A stretch of DNA of 57,447 bases, counting the filler, from Catajapyx aquilonaris (lineage: Eukaryota): NCBI GenBank assembly GCA_000934665.2. It is 4 parts of 4 records of this genome, joined end to end, with 100 filler letters (N's around TTAATTAATTAA, not from the genome) between each part and the next. Parts side by side here need not be neighbours in the genome. Positions count along the whole stretch, not along the records: positions 1 to 14,324 come from KZ539741.1; positions 14,425 to 28,697 come from JYFJ02007834.1; 2 more parts are not named here. One strand, given 5' to 3'. Made by a program: the position numbers and the translations under genes. This document shows positions 13,399 to 24,851 of the stretch, in pieces (within the stretch, counting starts at the first letter, position 1; each line of letters opens with the position of its first letter). Below the pieces are notes generated by a model. The model was not told the DNA's origin. It did not search any database and saw only the letters and a list, made by a program, of their open reading frames with translations.

Positions 13399-13751
13399 AT
13401 AATAATAATAAATAATAATTGTGGGTAATGCTTTCACCCCTTACGGGATATATCGCATGAACCTTTATTTTATTTTCCAATTTTTCTTTTAACTTCCACT
13501 CCGGTGCAAGGAGTCAAGGATGTAGGGTAGGGACCGGGATTTTTGGGGAGGAAACATGTGGTGCAAGTGCAATGTCGGTAAAGGGGTCATGTGCTGTTCC
13601 CCAGGAGGTTAGGTTGCCAGACACCTCCTTGGTGCAGGTCAGAGACCCTCCTGACGCAGGTGAAAGAAAAGTTCCCCAGGTGGGGATCGAACCTGGGGCC
13701 TTTCACTCAGCAAGCTGAGACGTTACCATCTCGGCCAACTACACCTCCCCA
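13399..13751 (-). mobile_element. tRNA-derived SINE, head type C
   Basis: Head ggggaggtgtagttggccgagatggtaacgtctcagc...ggttcgatccc, (TTA)n tail, 15-bp TSD tgggtccgggtacta at 13384-13398 and 13752-13766. Confidence 0.9.
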
Positions 13752-14324
13752 TGGGTCCGGGTACTACTAAGAGGGATGATCGCTCAGGATGGGTTGGTGC
13801 AACGAAATCCCTTCCTAGCAGCGCTCCCACCTCCTAGGAACGGTTCGTGCAATCGGTCCTTAGTAGTAGGCTACTTGGGTGGTGTAAATGGAGACAATAC
13901 TATTTTACAGAGCAGTTTTTTTAATTAAAAATAGTTACTGTGGCCTTCAGTTCCCGAGCTTTCCACTTTTATAGTACAGGTCAGGAAAGTTATGGAATTG
14001 TTTTTAGACGGGCCCCAAATAGGACAAATCCACGTCATTCTTGAGGTGAAGAAGGACGATGAAGGAAAGAGTGCTCAAAAGGACGTGAGGCCACCTATGT
14101 ACAGCTGTGATTTTTTCCACCAAAATCCGAGATGGTGTAGCAAGATTTAAGCTGGGTTTACATGTGAGCGAAATGATCAGCGATTTGCATCGCCAGCGAT
14201 GAAATCCTAACGAAAGCAGTGATTAGGGCCGAAAGTAGCAATCGCGTTTAAGAAGGGAGGGCCTCGGCGATGACATCGCTCAAGGAGATGGCGACGACAT
14301 CGTCGCTCACTTGTGGCGTATTCG

Positions 14325-14424
14325 NNNNNNNNNNNNNNNNNNNNNNNNNNNNNNNNNNNNNNNNNNNNTTAATTAATTAANNNNNNNNNNNNNNNNNNNN
14401 NNNNNNNNNNNNNNNNNNNNNNNN
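14325..14424. other. Artificial scaffold spacer N44-TTAATTAATTAA-N44
   Basis: Exactly 100 nt with stops in all six frames; identical spacers at 28698-28797 and 43078-43177. Confidence 0.97.
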
Positions 14425-14496
14425 AGTCTGTTATAGCCGAGGCTGTTATATCCGGATTCAACTGCAAATCTGTAATAAGTGCAATGCGTTCACACC

Positions 14497-14786
14497 AAAA
14501 GAGTTCTGCTATTATATAATATAATACCTAGAGGAGGTACTCCCTAACCTTTTCCATTAGACAGGCTGAGGCAGCCGCCATCTTGTTGGAGGTCATATTG
14601 TTGTTCTAACAGTTGTCTAGCAACTGGGACAACAACCAATAATGACAACTGGGCGACAATTAGTTCAATAATGTCAGGCGTCCGCCATCTTGTTGGAGGT
14701 AATATTGTTGCCTGCATTGTTGCCTGCCTCACATTTCAGGCCGAGTACCTCCTCTAGGTGTATATATAATATAGCAGAACTCTTTG
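14497..14786. mobile_element. MITE with 8-bp TSD (P-element- or hAT-like)
   Basis: aaagagttctgctattatata...cctagaggaggtactc inverted against gagtacctcctctagg...tatagcagaactctttg; ttcacacc flanks both sides. Confidence 0.75.
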
Positions 14787-15612
14787 TTCACACCAGCGCC
14801 AGGGTAACATTTGGCTAATAACAATATGGCTAGTGGGTAAACAAGATTGTCGTTTCTAGGTGATGGGATTATGAACAAATGAATTAATCACAGAAAAATA
14901 ACAGGTAAAAAAATCACAGCTCCAATCCTGTAGCAGTGGGAACTGTGATATTTTGAACATAGATCCGCACCATCCCACTGCACCTTCGACCCTTTGATGA
15001 AGGAACCGAATTCCGAATAGTTATTGAGCAAAAAAATATAGACGTATTTTTTGGTGGTTTTAAATTTTTTGCGGCGTTTTGAAGAGGAATTGAGTTTAGC
15101 CGTAAATGGTAGGAATGCACTTCACGACGGTGGGCATCTGTGTTCAAAATGTGGAAGCTCTACCTACAGCAGAACTTGAGTTAGGGCGAATAAAAAAAAG
15201 CGTAACAACAACAAGAAGAAGAAGAAGAAGATGTTGAAGAAATTCATTGTTGAAATCTATGCTACGGTCTTACTTAAGGGCTATCGCCCTTAAAATAGGA
15301 TTTGCTCCTGGGAATTGATTAATTTATCGAGGAAAATGATACATTTGAGAACGATAAACCAACGCTTCATGGTATTTCACATTTACCGTACAGGTGTAGC
15401 AGTTTTGATAAAATGCTTCTGCACCAATGTTATATATATTTGGCATTTGAATAATTGCCACAGCAAGAGGTTCCCTGAGGTTTCACCCTCAACCTCCGAT
15501 GCAAATGTGGATCTTAAAGAACAGAAGCTGCACAATTATCACTGTGACACTTTCAACTAGTTTATTTCTACTAGCTTTCTTCTTGACAAAAGTGCTCTAA
15601 GTAGTGGACTAA

Positions 15613-16092
15613 CCTTGGAGGGACCTCGGAGCATCTCTCTGAGTGCATCAACTTCTTCACGCAACTCTCGGATGATGCGTGCATTATGCTCGATGCCCTC
15701 AGCATGTTTCTTCTTGGCACGCTCTGCATATGTCATATATGAGCGTGGACAATTATGCATCTTCGTAATTTTCTGAAGCTGGTGAAACAGTAGCAACCAC
15801 CACTGTCTTGCTGTCACCCAAATTATCCTGGAAAAAAAATCACAATGTCAGTTGTGTGAAGTACATTTCTCTCATATTTTACCTTGAGCAGCCTAGTGAG
15901 AACAGAGTCCCGATGGGGCGCAAATTTATCCTTTCGCTTAGCTGATGCAGAGGTGGACTGGTCTGCAAGTTTGGAGATAACGAGCCCTAGCGTTGTGAGC
16001 GACTTATTGGTGGTGATGCCTTCCTTCAGTCTTTCCCCAACGGCACCAGTCTCCACAGCTCGCTCTGATCCTGCCATGTCCACCAGAGACAT
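15613..16092 (-). pseudogene. Kinesin-3 (KIF13/Khc-73-like) motor-domain pseudogene fragment; exons ~16092-15883 and 15827-15613
   Basis: [50 protein letters not shown], a 55-bp GT-AG intron (15882-15828), then [28 protein letters not shown] with a frameshift into YAERAK..NARIIRELREEVDALREML. Confidence 0.88.
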
Positions 16093-16398
16093 GATGGCAT
16101 GATGAGAGACATGATGCAAAATATATAATTGCACAATTTTTTGTAATAAATTCATAGAAAACTTTCATTTGGGTTTTTCCCTTACATCGAGTACAACTGT
16201 ACAAGAAGGGGATATATCCTAATTGCACCTTTAATTACTACATTCGTCTGTATTCACTAATTGAGATTTTTAATTGCATATGGCAATTTCTTTATGATCA
16301 CAAACAACCAATTAGATTTTGAAACCGCAGAAAGACCAATCTTGACTTTTCTAGCATGTTTTTTATGCCTCCTGTAAAATGTCATTACATGGGATGTA

Positions 16399-16777
16399 CA
16401 GTACCCAGCATTAATGGCCATGCACAGACATCGCCATCTGGCCAGATTGAGCGGAACTAGGCGTCTGGTGGGCTGTGTCCAAATCTCCAAAAATACTTTG
16501 ACGATCAAGACTACTTACAAGTCCGTTCTAGACGGCTCAAGATATCGCTCGGTCCGTGTAATAACTGATTCACAACCTCAATACATTGATAGGAATCGCA
16601 ATGGCCTTATAATTCATCCCACAGATATATCTGTGATCCATCTTTGTAGCAAGAGTTTGAATCTACCGCTATATTTTGAGCTGTCCAAGTATTTTGGACG
16701 CACCCCACAGGCGCCTATTTCCGCTCGTTCTTGGACAGGTGGCGATGTCTGTGCATGGCCATTAATGCAGGGTACTG
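16399..16777. mobile_element. Tc1/mariner-type MITE
   Basis: ta|cagtacccagcattaatggccatgcacagacatcgcca ... tggcgatgtctgtgcatggccattaatgcagggtactg|ta. Confidence 0.85.
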
Positions 16778-17179
16778 TACCTATCTCCTTCTTGCACCAA
16801 GGCCCTCAATTAACTGCGGACTGACAATATATGGGTAGGCTGATACGATGAAGATACTGTTGCGGTAGCTGCTGACGGCAGATGGGACAACAGGTAGTTT
16901 CAACGATGATCGGCAACAGCGGCTATGGCGCTGGTGGCGATGGCCCACGATGGCGCAGGTCGGCCACCCAAGCAGGTAAGTGGAAACCTGTGTGGCTCCA
17001 GCACCAGGATCTGGGAGACGCGGCTTTTAAATGGACGTAGGTCGTCCAGGAAAAGCAAGCCGAGCGGTACTCTAACCCAGCGAGGCGACGGACGCCTTAT
17101 CGACTTGGACTCCTTATTATCTGCTACCTCTGATAGCGCTGCTGGGCAACCTCCGCATGATAAAACTATCCAGGCTTAT

Positions 17180-17405
17180 CTCACCTGATATCCCCACCCA
17201 CTGCTATTCACCACATCCACCCAAGTCACCTTGGACTCACACCTTGTGTCAACGGTTCCCCTTCCCCAAAAATCCCAATCCTTACCCAATTTCCATGATT
17301 TCCCTGCACCGGAGTTTGAAGGGGGAAAAATCAAGAAAACCGAAAGTATGGTGGTGTTCCACCTCCCTAATTGGAGCGTTTATCTCTCAATGGGGCAAAA
17401 AAAAT
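17180..17405 (+). mobile_element. Decayed SINE 3' portion
   Basis: ccctgcaccggagt...atggtggtgttccacctccctaa...ggggcaaaaaaa resembles the tails of the SINEs at 38398 and 53268. Confidence 0.55.
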
Positions 17406-19164
17406 TTACAAAATTGAAAAATATTCGCCGCTCATTCTCCAGAGCGAGAGTTGTTGTTTTTAGTAGTTGTCTTACACACACAGAAAAATCTTGCCTGGGT
17501 CACCGCGATTTACCGCGGGCGACAAAAAATTATGTCGAGAACCCATGCCTGGTCTGAATACGGCGAGTTTTTTCTGACCATTGAAAGCCCATGAATACGA
17601 AAGGACGTGAAAAAAGTGACCCAAACAAACAATCTCTGTGCTTTGAAGGACAAGTCACTTTCATGTAAGGGGGTCGTTTAGTAGTTTATTATTCTAAAGG
17701 GATGAAAATATGCAAGGACGAAAGTGGAAGCAGTCATAGTTAATGAGGCAAATGTGATTAGGGTAAAAATTGCTGACATATCTGTTGAAAAAATAGTTGC
17801 AGGTAGTGTATTGATGATAGTTTATTTTAGGATGTTTCATATTTCCTGAAAAAAAAAATGCTGCAGCAGTTGTTACAATACACTCTGTGTATACTCCAGT
17901 TCCAGCCAAAGAAGGGGAAAAAAATCCTCAGAACCAGATGACTCTTAACCCGCAACATCCAACTAAACATGTGCATTTATTGTTTCAAATACGAGTTTCA
18001 AATATGTACTCAGCATAATAAACAAATATTAGTGCTGTGATCCTATACATGGGGAAAAAAATCATATTTTGGAACTTGATTCAATTACATTAGACTTTAG
18101 TTTTACAACTTTTCATATGTTATGTCCCTGTTTTTCTGGAACCTTATCCCATAGTAAGAAGGGGACTATACCTGTTGTATCATTTCAAAAGAGGATTCAG
18201 TTTCATGATGCTGCACAGTACCTGTCCTGCACAGCAGCTTTAAATTTTTTGATAATTGAATCATTTTCTTCTGACTCTCAGTCAAGCTTGCATTTTTTAA
18301 AACTGCTTTTCGTGCTAACAGATCTGACCTTCATGTGCCTGACTACACTCAATTGAGGGATAACCCCACTTGATAAATAAAAAAGGGCTGCATCACTTCA
18401 CTTTGGAATTAAGATACCGTAACGACTATTTCTGTCATTACTTGCAACTTTATTAATTGCATTTTTCTTAACACTGAATTACGCATTGTAGAAGATGTCC
18501 TGGACACGTAATTTCTGATGGCTAGTTGGTTTGTTCTTCTGATAAATGACGTATTCCTAGAGAAATATGTTTGGACGACAATCTTATCCATTATAATTAC
18601 TCAAATATCAACCTTGTAACCCTCCATGACATGATTGTATTCAACTGTGATTCTGATCACCTCAGATTTCTGACCAGAAAGAGAGAGTTATAATCAACTA
18701 GAGATGATGTTAGAAACAACTCACTAACTTGTTCTTGACATCATTCTACTATCATTAAGTGGCAAGTGATATGGAATAATCATAGCTAATACATGTCATA
18801 AAGGCAGCAATAATGGCTGTCAAGCACTTATGTGGCATTCAAAGACAAGAAAACCAGTGCTATTTATGAATCACTGTCAGAATATTTAACACTTTCATGT
18901 TTATGATGCAAACTCGCAAACTTCAGTTTTCCCATTTAATATTCTGAGGAGAAAATTTTGGCAAAACATGTAATTATTCCATTAATTAAGTAATGAACAA
19001 AAAGGCGGATGTGTTAGAGGCAGGAATGAAGTTATTTTAAATTTCTGGAGAGCAGTAAATGATACATGTTAGGATATTTTAATAAATACATTTTGGCCGC
19101 AAAATCTGGTACAGATTTCTCATATAAAAACATAGCGGATCAATACCAGCACATCAGTTTAGCT

Positions 19165-21076
19165 ATGGAGAGGGTAGCAGCTGTAGTCTGCTTTGGAGTG
19201 TTCACCTCAATCGTGTCGGGGTATGTGGACATGTCTTCATCCACGGATGAGGCTGAGGATCTGGTGTCCTCCCTGGTGGAAGATGTCCGTGGTTCGAGAC
19301 CCGAGTGTCTCCTGGTGCTGTGCGGCGACTGGTTGGTGTTCCCCTCTTCGTTTAACCGGCTGATCAACAATGGATCGGAGGAAGTGGCGGTGGTGAGGTG
19401 GGACGGGACACCAGTGGACGCCAGTGGACAGTACTGGTTCTCCTGGCTGCACAGACCGGAGGCCAGGAGACTGGACCCCTGCGCAACCTTCCTCTTCGCC
19501 TTCGGGACACAGGACACCTTGTCTCCTCTGGTGGTCCACGCGGCCACTCTTCACCTCATGGACACCGGAAGGGACAGGTTCATCTTGTGGCCAAGGGATG
19601 GCAATATTAAGGGTTTGNAAGGGTTTGTTGAAGCATTTCATAGCCAGCATGTTCCTATTACAAATGGCTATATTGTATGACCAGGACTCTCACGCTCTTC
19701 AAGTGATGTCCAACTGTCATTTCTGTGACCACGGAAGTTCCAAATGGGTACACATAGTTCAGTATAGGCAGGGTTGTCAGGTATCAGAATTATTCCCTGA
19801 TTACTCAACCAATTTGCATGGCAGGATAATCAACGGCACCAATGTCATTGCCTTATCTAAGGAAGAGATGCAGTACATGACAGACAGTTCAATACCATTG
19901 TATGGCCTTTGGATTTTTCTCCTTGTGGTTAGTGAAGTGCTTAATTTTGATTATAACCTTGAGGGAACAATGTTAGACAATGGTGCTATTCCTGACTATC
20001 GATTATCGGATGGAAATTACACAGGTCAGACTGGCGATATCCTACAAGGAAGTGCAGAAATTGGTTGTACAGTGTTCACTTATATAAGTGAGGTGGTACA
20101 TGTGGTGTTTCCCAACTATTACGTAGAGATAACGTTTACCACCAGGACCTCGAGGCCCAGTTACGCGTGGAATTCAGTCTTGATGCCTTACACTCCTCAA
20201 ATGTGGGTTTTAATATCCCTGGCCACTCTTGTTGGCAGCTTTGTCCTCTTCGCCCTGCTAAGAATAGAGAGCACTTTCCGCAACCCTTTTCCAGACAAGG
20301 GTCCGTCCTATTCCCTCTTCCTCTACTCGGCCAGATACCTGTTTTCCACCCTGATCGAGGAAAACCCCAACACCATCCCCCGAGGTGACCCCTCCAGACT
20401 CTTCATCTCCTTCTGGTGGATTTATGCCCTGGTCATCATCATCGGGTACGAAGCCCTGTATTTTGGCTTTTTGGCATCGCCATTGAAGGAAAATTTGCCA
20501 TCGTCGTATCAAGAACTTGGGAAAAGGCAAAATAAGTGGAAATGGGGGACGTTCAAACTATCTAAGCCGTACCTGGCAAGTGTTTTCATCAATAATGAGT
20601 TAGATTATTTTAAGCCCATCGTTAATCAGATGGAAGATCAAGACGACTACAACATATGCATTCGTAAATCAATAGACACCAATTTTGCCTGCATTGGCCC
20701 CACCGATATATTGCTGGCCATTGGGGTTCAATTTATTGATAAAGAAGGCACAGTCCCAATATCAATAGCTGAAGATGATGGTATACTAGTGTTCTCTGGA
20801 TACATTACGGACAAGCACAGTTTGTTGATCCCAGTCCTAAACCGAATGATATTCCGTTACATTGATGCAGGTTTTATGGCCAGAGATGACAAATATTTGG
20901 AGTACACTTGCCTCCTGATGGGTCTTCGGGAAGCTAGAAAGAAGGACCGGTGGTATTTGAAGTCCATGGCCTTAAAATATGACCAACTGAGAACCATGAT
21001 CTATTTCCTCGCCATATGTTGTTGGGGTGGTGGTATGTTATTATTTGTAGGAGAATTTGCATCTATATTTTTCTAG
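19165..21076 (+). CDS. Divergent ionotropic receptor (variant iGluR chemoreceptor), single exon, ~633 aa after removing a 10-nt assembly artefact at the N (19618)
   Basis: Hydrophobic N-terminus MERVAAVVCFGVF; S1-like GNYTGQTGDILQGSAEIG; pre-M1 PYTPQMW plus TM; RLFISFWWIYALVIIIGYEALYFGFLASP; S2 region; final TM. ORFs 19066-19680 and 19424-21076 join in frame once the duplicated aagggtttg plus N is removed. Confidence 0.9.
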
Positions 21077-22376
21077 TCAACAGTGCATGGCTATAAACGG
21101 ATAAAACTCCATGCGCTCGCTGGCTGTACTCTATATTTGACATACGATATACGCACGAATATTTAGAAATAAAAATTGAAGGTTCTAAGCAGGTTTTTAC
21201 AATGTGTACAAAACTTTTATTTGTCAAGCAATGATGATTTTGATGATTTTTCGAGATGCTCATTGTTCAAATTGTTTGGTTTTTGGTTTTGTAGCTTATT
21301 CCATCTATTTTTATTTCTAGCTTCACGTTCCCTTCCCTTTGATAATATTGCCATTATTGTCACCATGTCCCATGCAACCATTTCTCCAGAAATAGGGAGA
21401 CCAAAGAAAGCAAATCCTCAACATCTCCTGCATCGGAGCAACAGACCAACTCGGCCAAGGTAAAATAAAAACTCATAAATGGAAGTACCAGTCTTAGACC
21501 ATATTTCGGGTGTTACCTAAATTCATGCCTGGAGTGTTACTTCACGCAAAATGTGTTCAGCCCATTCAGTGTCAAGCTGTCCAGAGTCACTCTCTCCAGC
21601 CTGTTCCGCTCCTGTCGAGAATTCCGTCTGTGCATGCCAGGTCTTGCAACTCCAGTTCTGTCAGCCAACAGCCCTTCCTGGCTCTTCCTGCAGCCCAACA
21701 TCGACACTCTTCACCAGAGAGATGGATTGTGGGCCAGTAGGAGCCATGATTTGGAAACAAGGGTGGAATGCATGAGGTCGTGTTGTTTAAGGTGAGCGAA
21801 AATCATCAGCTGGAAAGGGATGACGAGGTGTCTTAAAATAAAAGGAAAACAAATGGGAAAAAGTGAAAAAAATTAAAATGAGCCTCTTCATTAAACATCT
21901 CAGGGGAAACCCTACATACCCTATGTATCAGGCATGTAGCCTACAAACATGGAACGTATCAACACTTGACTTCCCATCTGTGGACAAGTTCAAAAAGTCT
22001 CCAGATACATATTTTTGAAACATCAGTGCTAATCTCAGACAGGTGAAGTCTTACCCCCAAAAATTATTGGCATTTATATTAGAATCTTATCAAGTGTTAA
22101 CATGCAATAAAATGTTCGCATTTCAGCCTACATTTTGAGGTCAAGCTTTAAGAGTTCACAGGACCTACAAGGCAATGATTTGCCATTGGTCCAATAAGAA
22201 AAGGAACAAGGCTAAGCATGCAAAATTAATCAATATCATGTAATATCATTTTCAATGGTGCATCATGATTCACAGGTCTAAACAGCGATCGACATGACAT
22301 TCAATTGCCCAAGTAAAAACTATCACTTGCACATTTACCAGGTTGGGTAGGAAGTCAGGACAAGAGAATCATGCTG

Positions 22377-22832
22377 ATACGAAGCGCTGAGTTTTGGCTT
22401 TCTGGATGGCTTCCCCTTTGACAGAAGATTTGCCCGACTCATCAGGAACTTAACGGAAGACAAAACGAGTGGAAATAGGGAACGTTCAAAGTGTCTAAGC
22501 CTCTAAGGTCTACTTTGCAAGCATTTCATCGTCAAATGATTTTGATTATTTTAAGCCCATCGTTAATAAGTTGGAAACATTATTTTAAACACATGCATCC
22601 GTAAATTGACACTAATATTGCCTGCATCTGCCCTGCTGGCTGTAGAGGTTCAATTTATAAACAAAGAGGGAATAATATTCCAATGTCATTCTAAGTCTAG
22701 TGTTTTCAGGATTAGTTATGGAAAAGCAGTTTGGTGGCTCCGATCCTGAACAAAATGACATTTCAACGATTCGGGGCTTATGTCCTGCGTCTCAGTACAC
22801 CTATCTTCTGACGGGCCTGCAAGAAGCGAGAA
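22377..22832 (+). pseudogene. Decayed IR paralogue fragment (M3-S2 region)
   Basis: Aligns by eye with 20445-20940 (tacgaagc..ttttggcttt, aacgttcaaa..tctaagcc, gattattttaagcccatcgttaat, gttcaatttat..aaaga, ctagtgtt.tc.gga) with many indels and stops. Confidence 0.85.
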
Positions 22833-22919
22833 CCGGTGGTGGCTGTAAGCCAAGGACGTGGCTGCTGGCAGTGTGCTTTGTATTGACTCGCTCATCGCAT
22901 TTACACTTTTTAAAACAAA

Positions 22920-23097
22920 ATGCCGACTACGTGTGTGGCCTACGGTTGCAGTAAGAACGGGGGGCACCAATTCCCCAGGGATAAAGTGCTCCAAGGAAAG
23001 TGGTTGGCAGCTATAAAAAGAGCAAATTTTGTGTGTTCATTAGCGTCCCGGGGTCACTTTTTGGAAGAGGATTACTGCACGGAAGGATATTATGCAG
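22920..23097 (+). pseudogene. THAP zinc-finger fragment, probably from a DNA transposon
   Basis: MPTTCVAYGC...HQFP..WLAAIKR..VCS..HFLEEDY carries the THAP C2CH/P/W/F signature with disturbed spacing; no transposase follows. Confidence 0.75.
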
Positions 23098-23574
23098 GTT
23101 ATAAAATAATTAATACATGCTTATAACCGTGTCAGTCACAATGCTCCGCGCGATTTAGTCGAAATGCTTGTCATTCAGAAGGTTGCACTAACTTTCATTC
23201 ACTCCAACCTGTATTTTGGGGCTCATATCTGCTGAGGCCTCAAGCCCAGTGCTGCCACCTACGCTGAGCTTCTCATGTCGCCACCCCCATTCAGTAACAG
23301 CAGTAAACAGGGTGCTGGTTTTGGATGCAGGCAGGATGGTTGGATGCAGGCAGTAGCCTCCATAAAAATTGATGGACCAGATTTTCGTGTCAAGAATATT
23401 TGTGGCGGGCTAGCCCTAGCAACAGAAGGCAGACAGTAGGCCTACAGTAGTCTACATGGAGGATTGATTAGAAAAAATCATCATTACGGTAATGAAACGT
23501 GGTCAACAGTTTTTGTAACAGTACACTTTTCGTGCATGCTCCCATATAGGCTACTGTTCCGACTCGCTTTGCTC

Positions 23575-24065
23575 GGCGGTGGGGCTGCGTCCCATTTGCG
23601 CGCCTTTAGCGCACGGACCATAATACATTACATTACCATAATTTACATTACATTACATTACCATAACACATTACCGTAACACATTACACACAACACATTA
23701 CAACACATTACAACACATTACACATTACACATTACCATAACACATTACATTACTTTACCATAACCATTACATTACCATAATACATTACAAAACATCCACT
23801 AGTGACGTCACCGCCAGGGATGATGGACATGAAAACACACCTTATTTGGTCATTTCGTACAAAAGGAAGGATGGGGTGGGGGCCGAGGGGTGTAAGCAGA
23901 TGGGCAGTTGGGCCAGCAGTGGGTGGCTGAGGGTGGCTGAGGGTGGCTGAGGGTGGCTGAGGGTGGCTGAGGCGACCCGCCGTGGGGCTGCGCCCCATTT
24001 GCGCGCCCTGGGCGCGGGCGCCGTAAGCCATCTGGTTACGAAACATCCACCAGTGACGTCACCGG
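23575..24065. repeat. Composite repeat: (CATTACA-like)n, (GGGTGGCTGA)x5 and two pairs of direct motifs
   Basis: Microsatellite 23620-23790; decamer 23921-23972; gtggggctgcg.cccatttgcgcgcc at ~23579 and ~23982; aaacatccac.agtgacgtcaccg at ~23790 and ~24041. Confidence 0.75.
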
Positions 24066-24559
24066 AGTATGCGAACGCGTCCTACACTGACGTATAGTTC
24101 AAATTCAAAGTACGTGGTTAAAAGGGAGGTTGGAGGGGTGAGTGAAAACAGACGTCTGCTGGCTGCAAGACAATCACTGCGGACAGGGTAGATGATGCAA
24201 CAGGTAGATGCAACACCAATTATGCAACACCGAGGTGGGCGGAAGTGCAAATTTGGTGTAAATTATGCAAGAGATATACCCGTACGGTAATTATGCGAAC
24301 ATGAGCGATGAAGAGTACTCGAGACTACTGCTGCTTATGGCGTTCTGGAAAGACTGATAAATATACCGTGATTGGTCACATGTTATGGAATGCGGTTTTT
24401 ATCTGATGGAGCATATCACTAAAAGGAGTGGCCTACTTGACTCTCGTCGCTTTGGCTGTTGGCTCAGTAATTGCTCGCTATCTCCAAAAGCCTAAACTTG
24501 ACAGATAATCGTCTAGTTACAGTATCTGCAATCCTTTGAGATTACACATACCAGTACTC

Positions 24560-24851
24560 ATCTGGAGAATTTGCGAAAATGTCAGTGATGCAAGTCATAT
24601 CCTAGCTATAACCTAGAACAACGTTCTCTTCTACATCTTCGGATATTGTGCTGTCCCCATCATTTTGACTGAGAAGTCACGTCGATTGTCGTGATTTTCC
24701 ATAGCCAGGCAGTTTTCATCACCAAACCTATTATTAGGTTCTCCTGAATACCAATCGAACCATTCAATGCGCCTGAAGGTGGATTGCCGGTACCAGTTTC
24801 CTTCGTGGCCTAGGTCATACCCTCCAGCCCAGAAGTTGTCATTCATCTTGT
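24560..24851 (-). pseudogene. C-type lectin domain exon, probably decayed
   Basis: Acceptor tttgcag, then FWAGGYDLGHEGNWY..DWYSGEPNNRFGDENCLAM (EPN motif); no in-frame WND motif or final Cys, and stops follow. Confidence 0.75.

Larger units (their letters stand above)
7323..13859. mobile_element. Probable PIF/Harbinger-like element hosting many nested insertions
   Basis: gggccgatggcacgaacccgttcct at the left and aggaacggttcgtgcaatcggtcc at the right are inverted; flanks ata/tta approximate a TWA TSD. That both ends belong to one copy is inferred. Confidence 0.5.

Noticed and set aside
14369..14380. TTAATTAATTAA recurring every ~14.4 kb as a biological periodic motif
   Set aside because: Always centred in exactly 44+44 Ns; it is a synthetic linker.
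19424..19617. N-terminus MDSTGSPG... of the 550-aa ORF
   Set aside because: Wrong frame caused by the artefact at 19618; the paralogue supports the frame starting at 19165.
21389..21791. Two exon-like segments with AG/GT boundaries
   Set aside because: No recognisable product; cannot be supported without a search.
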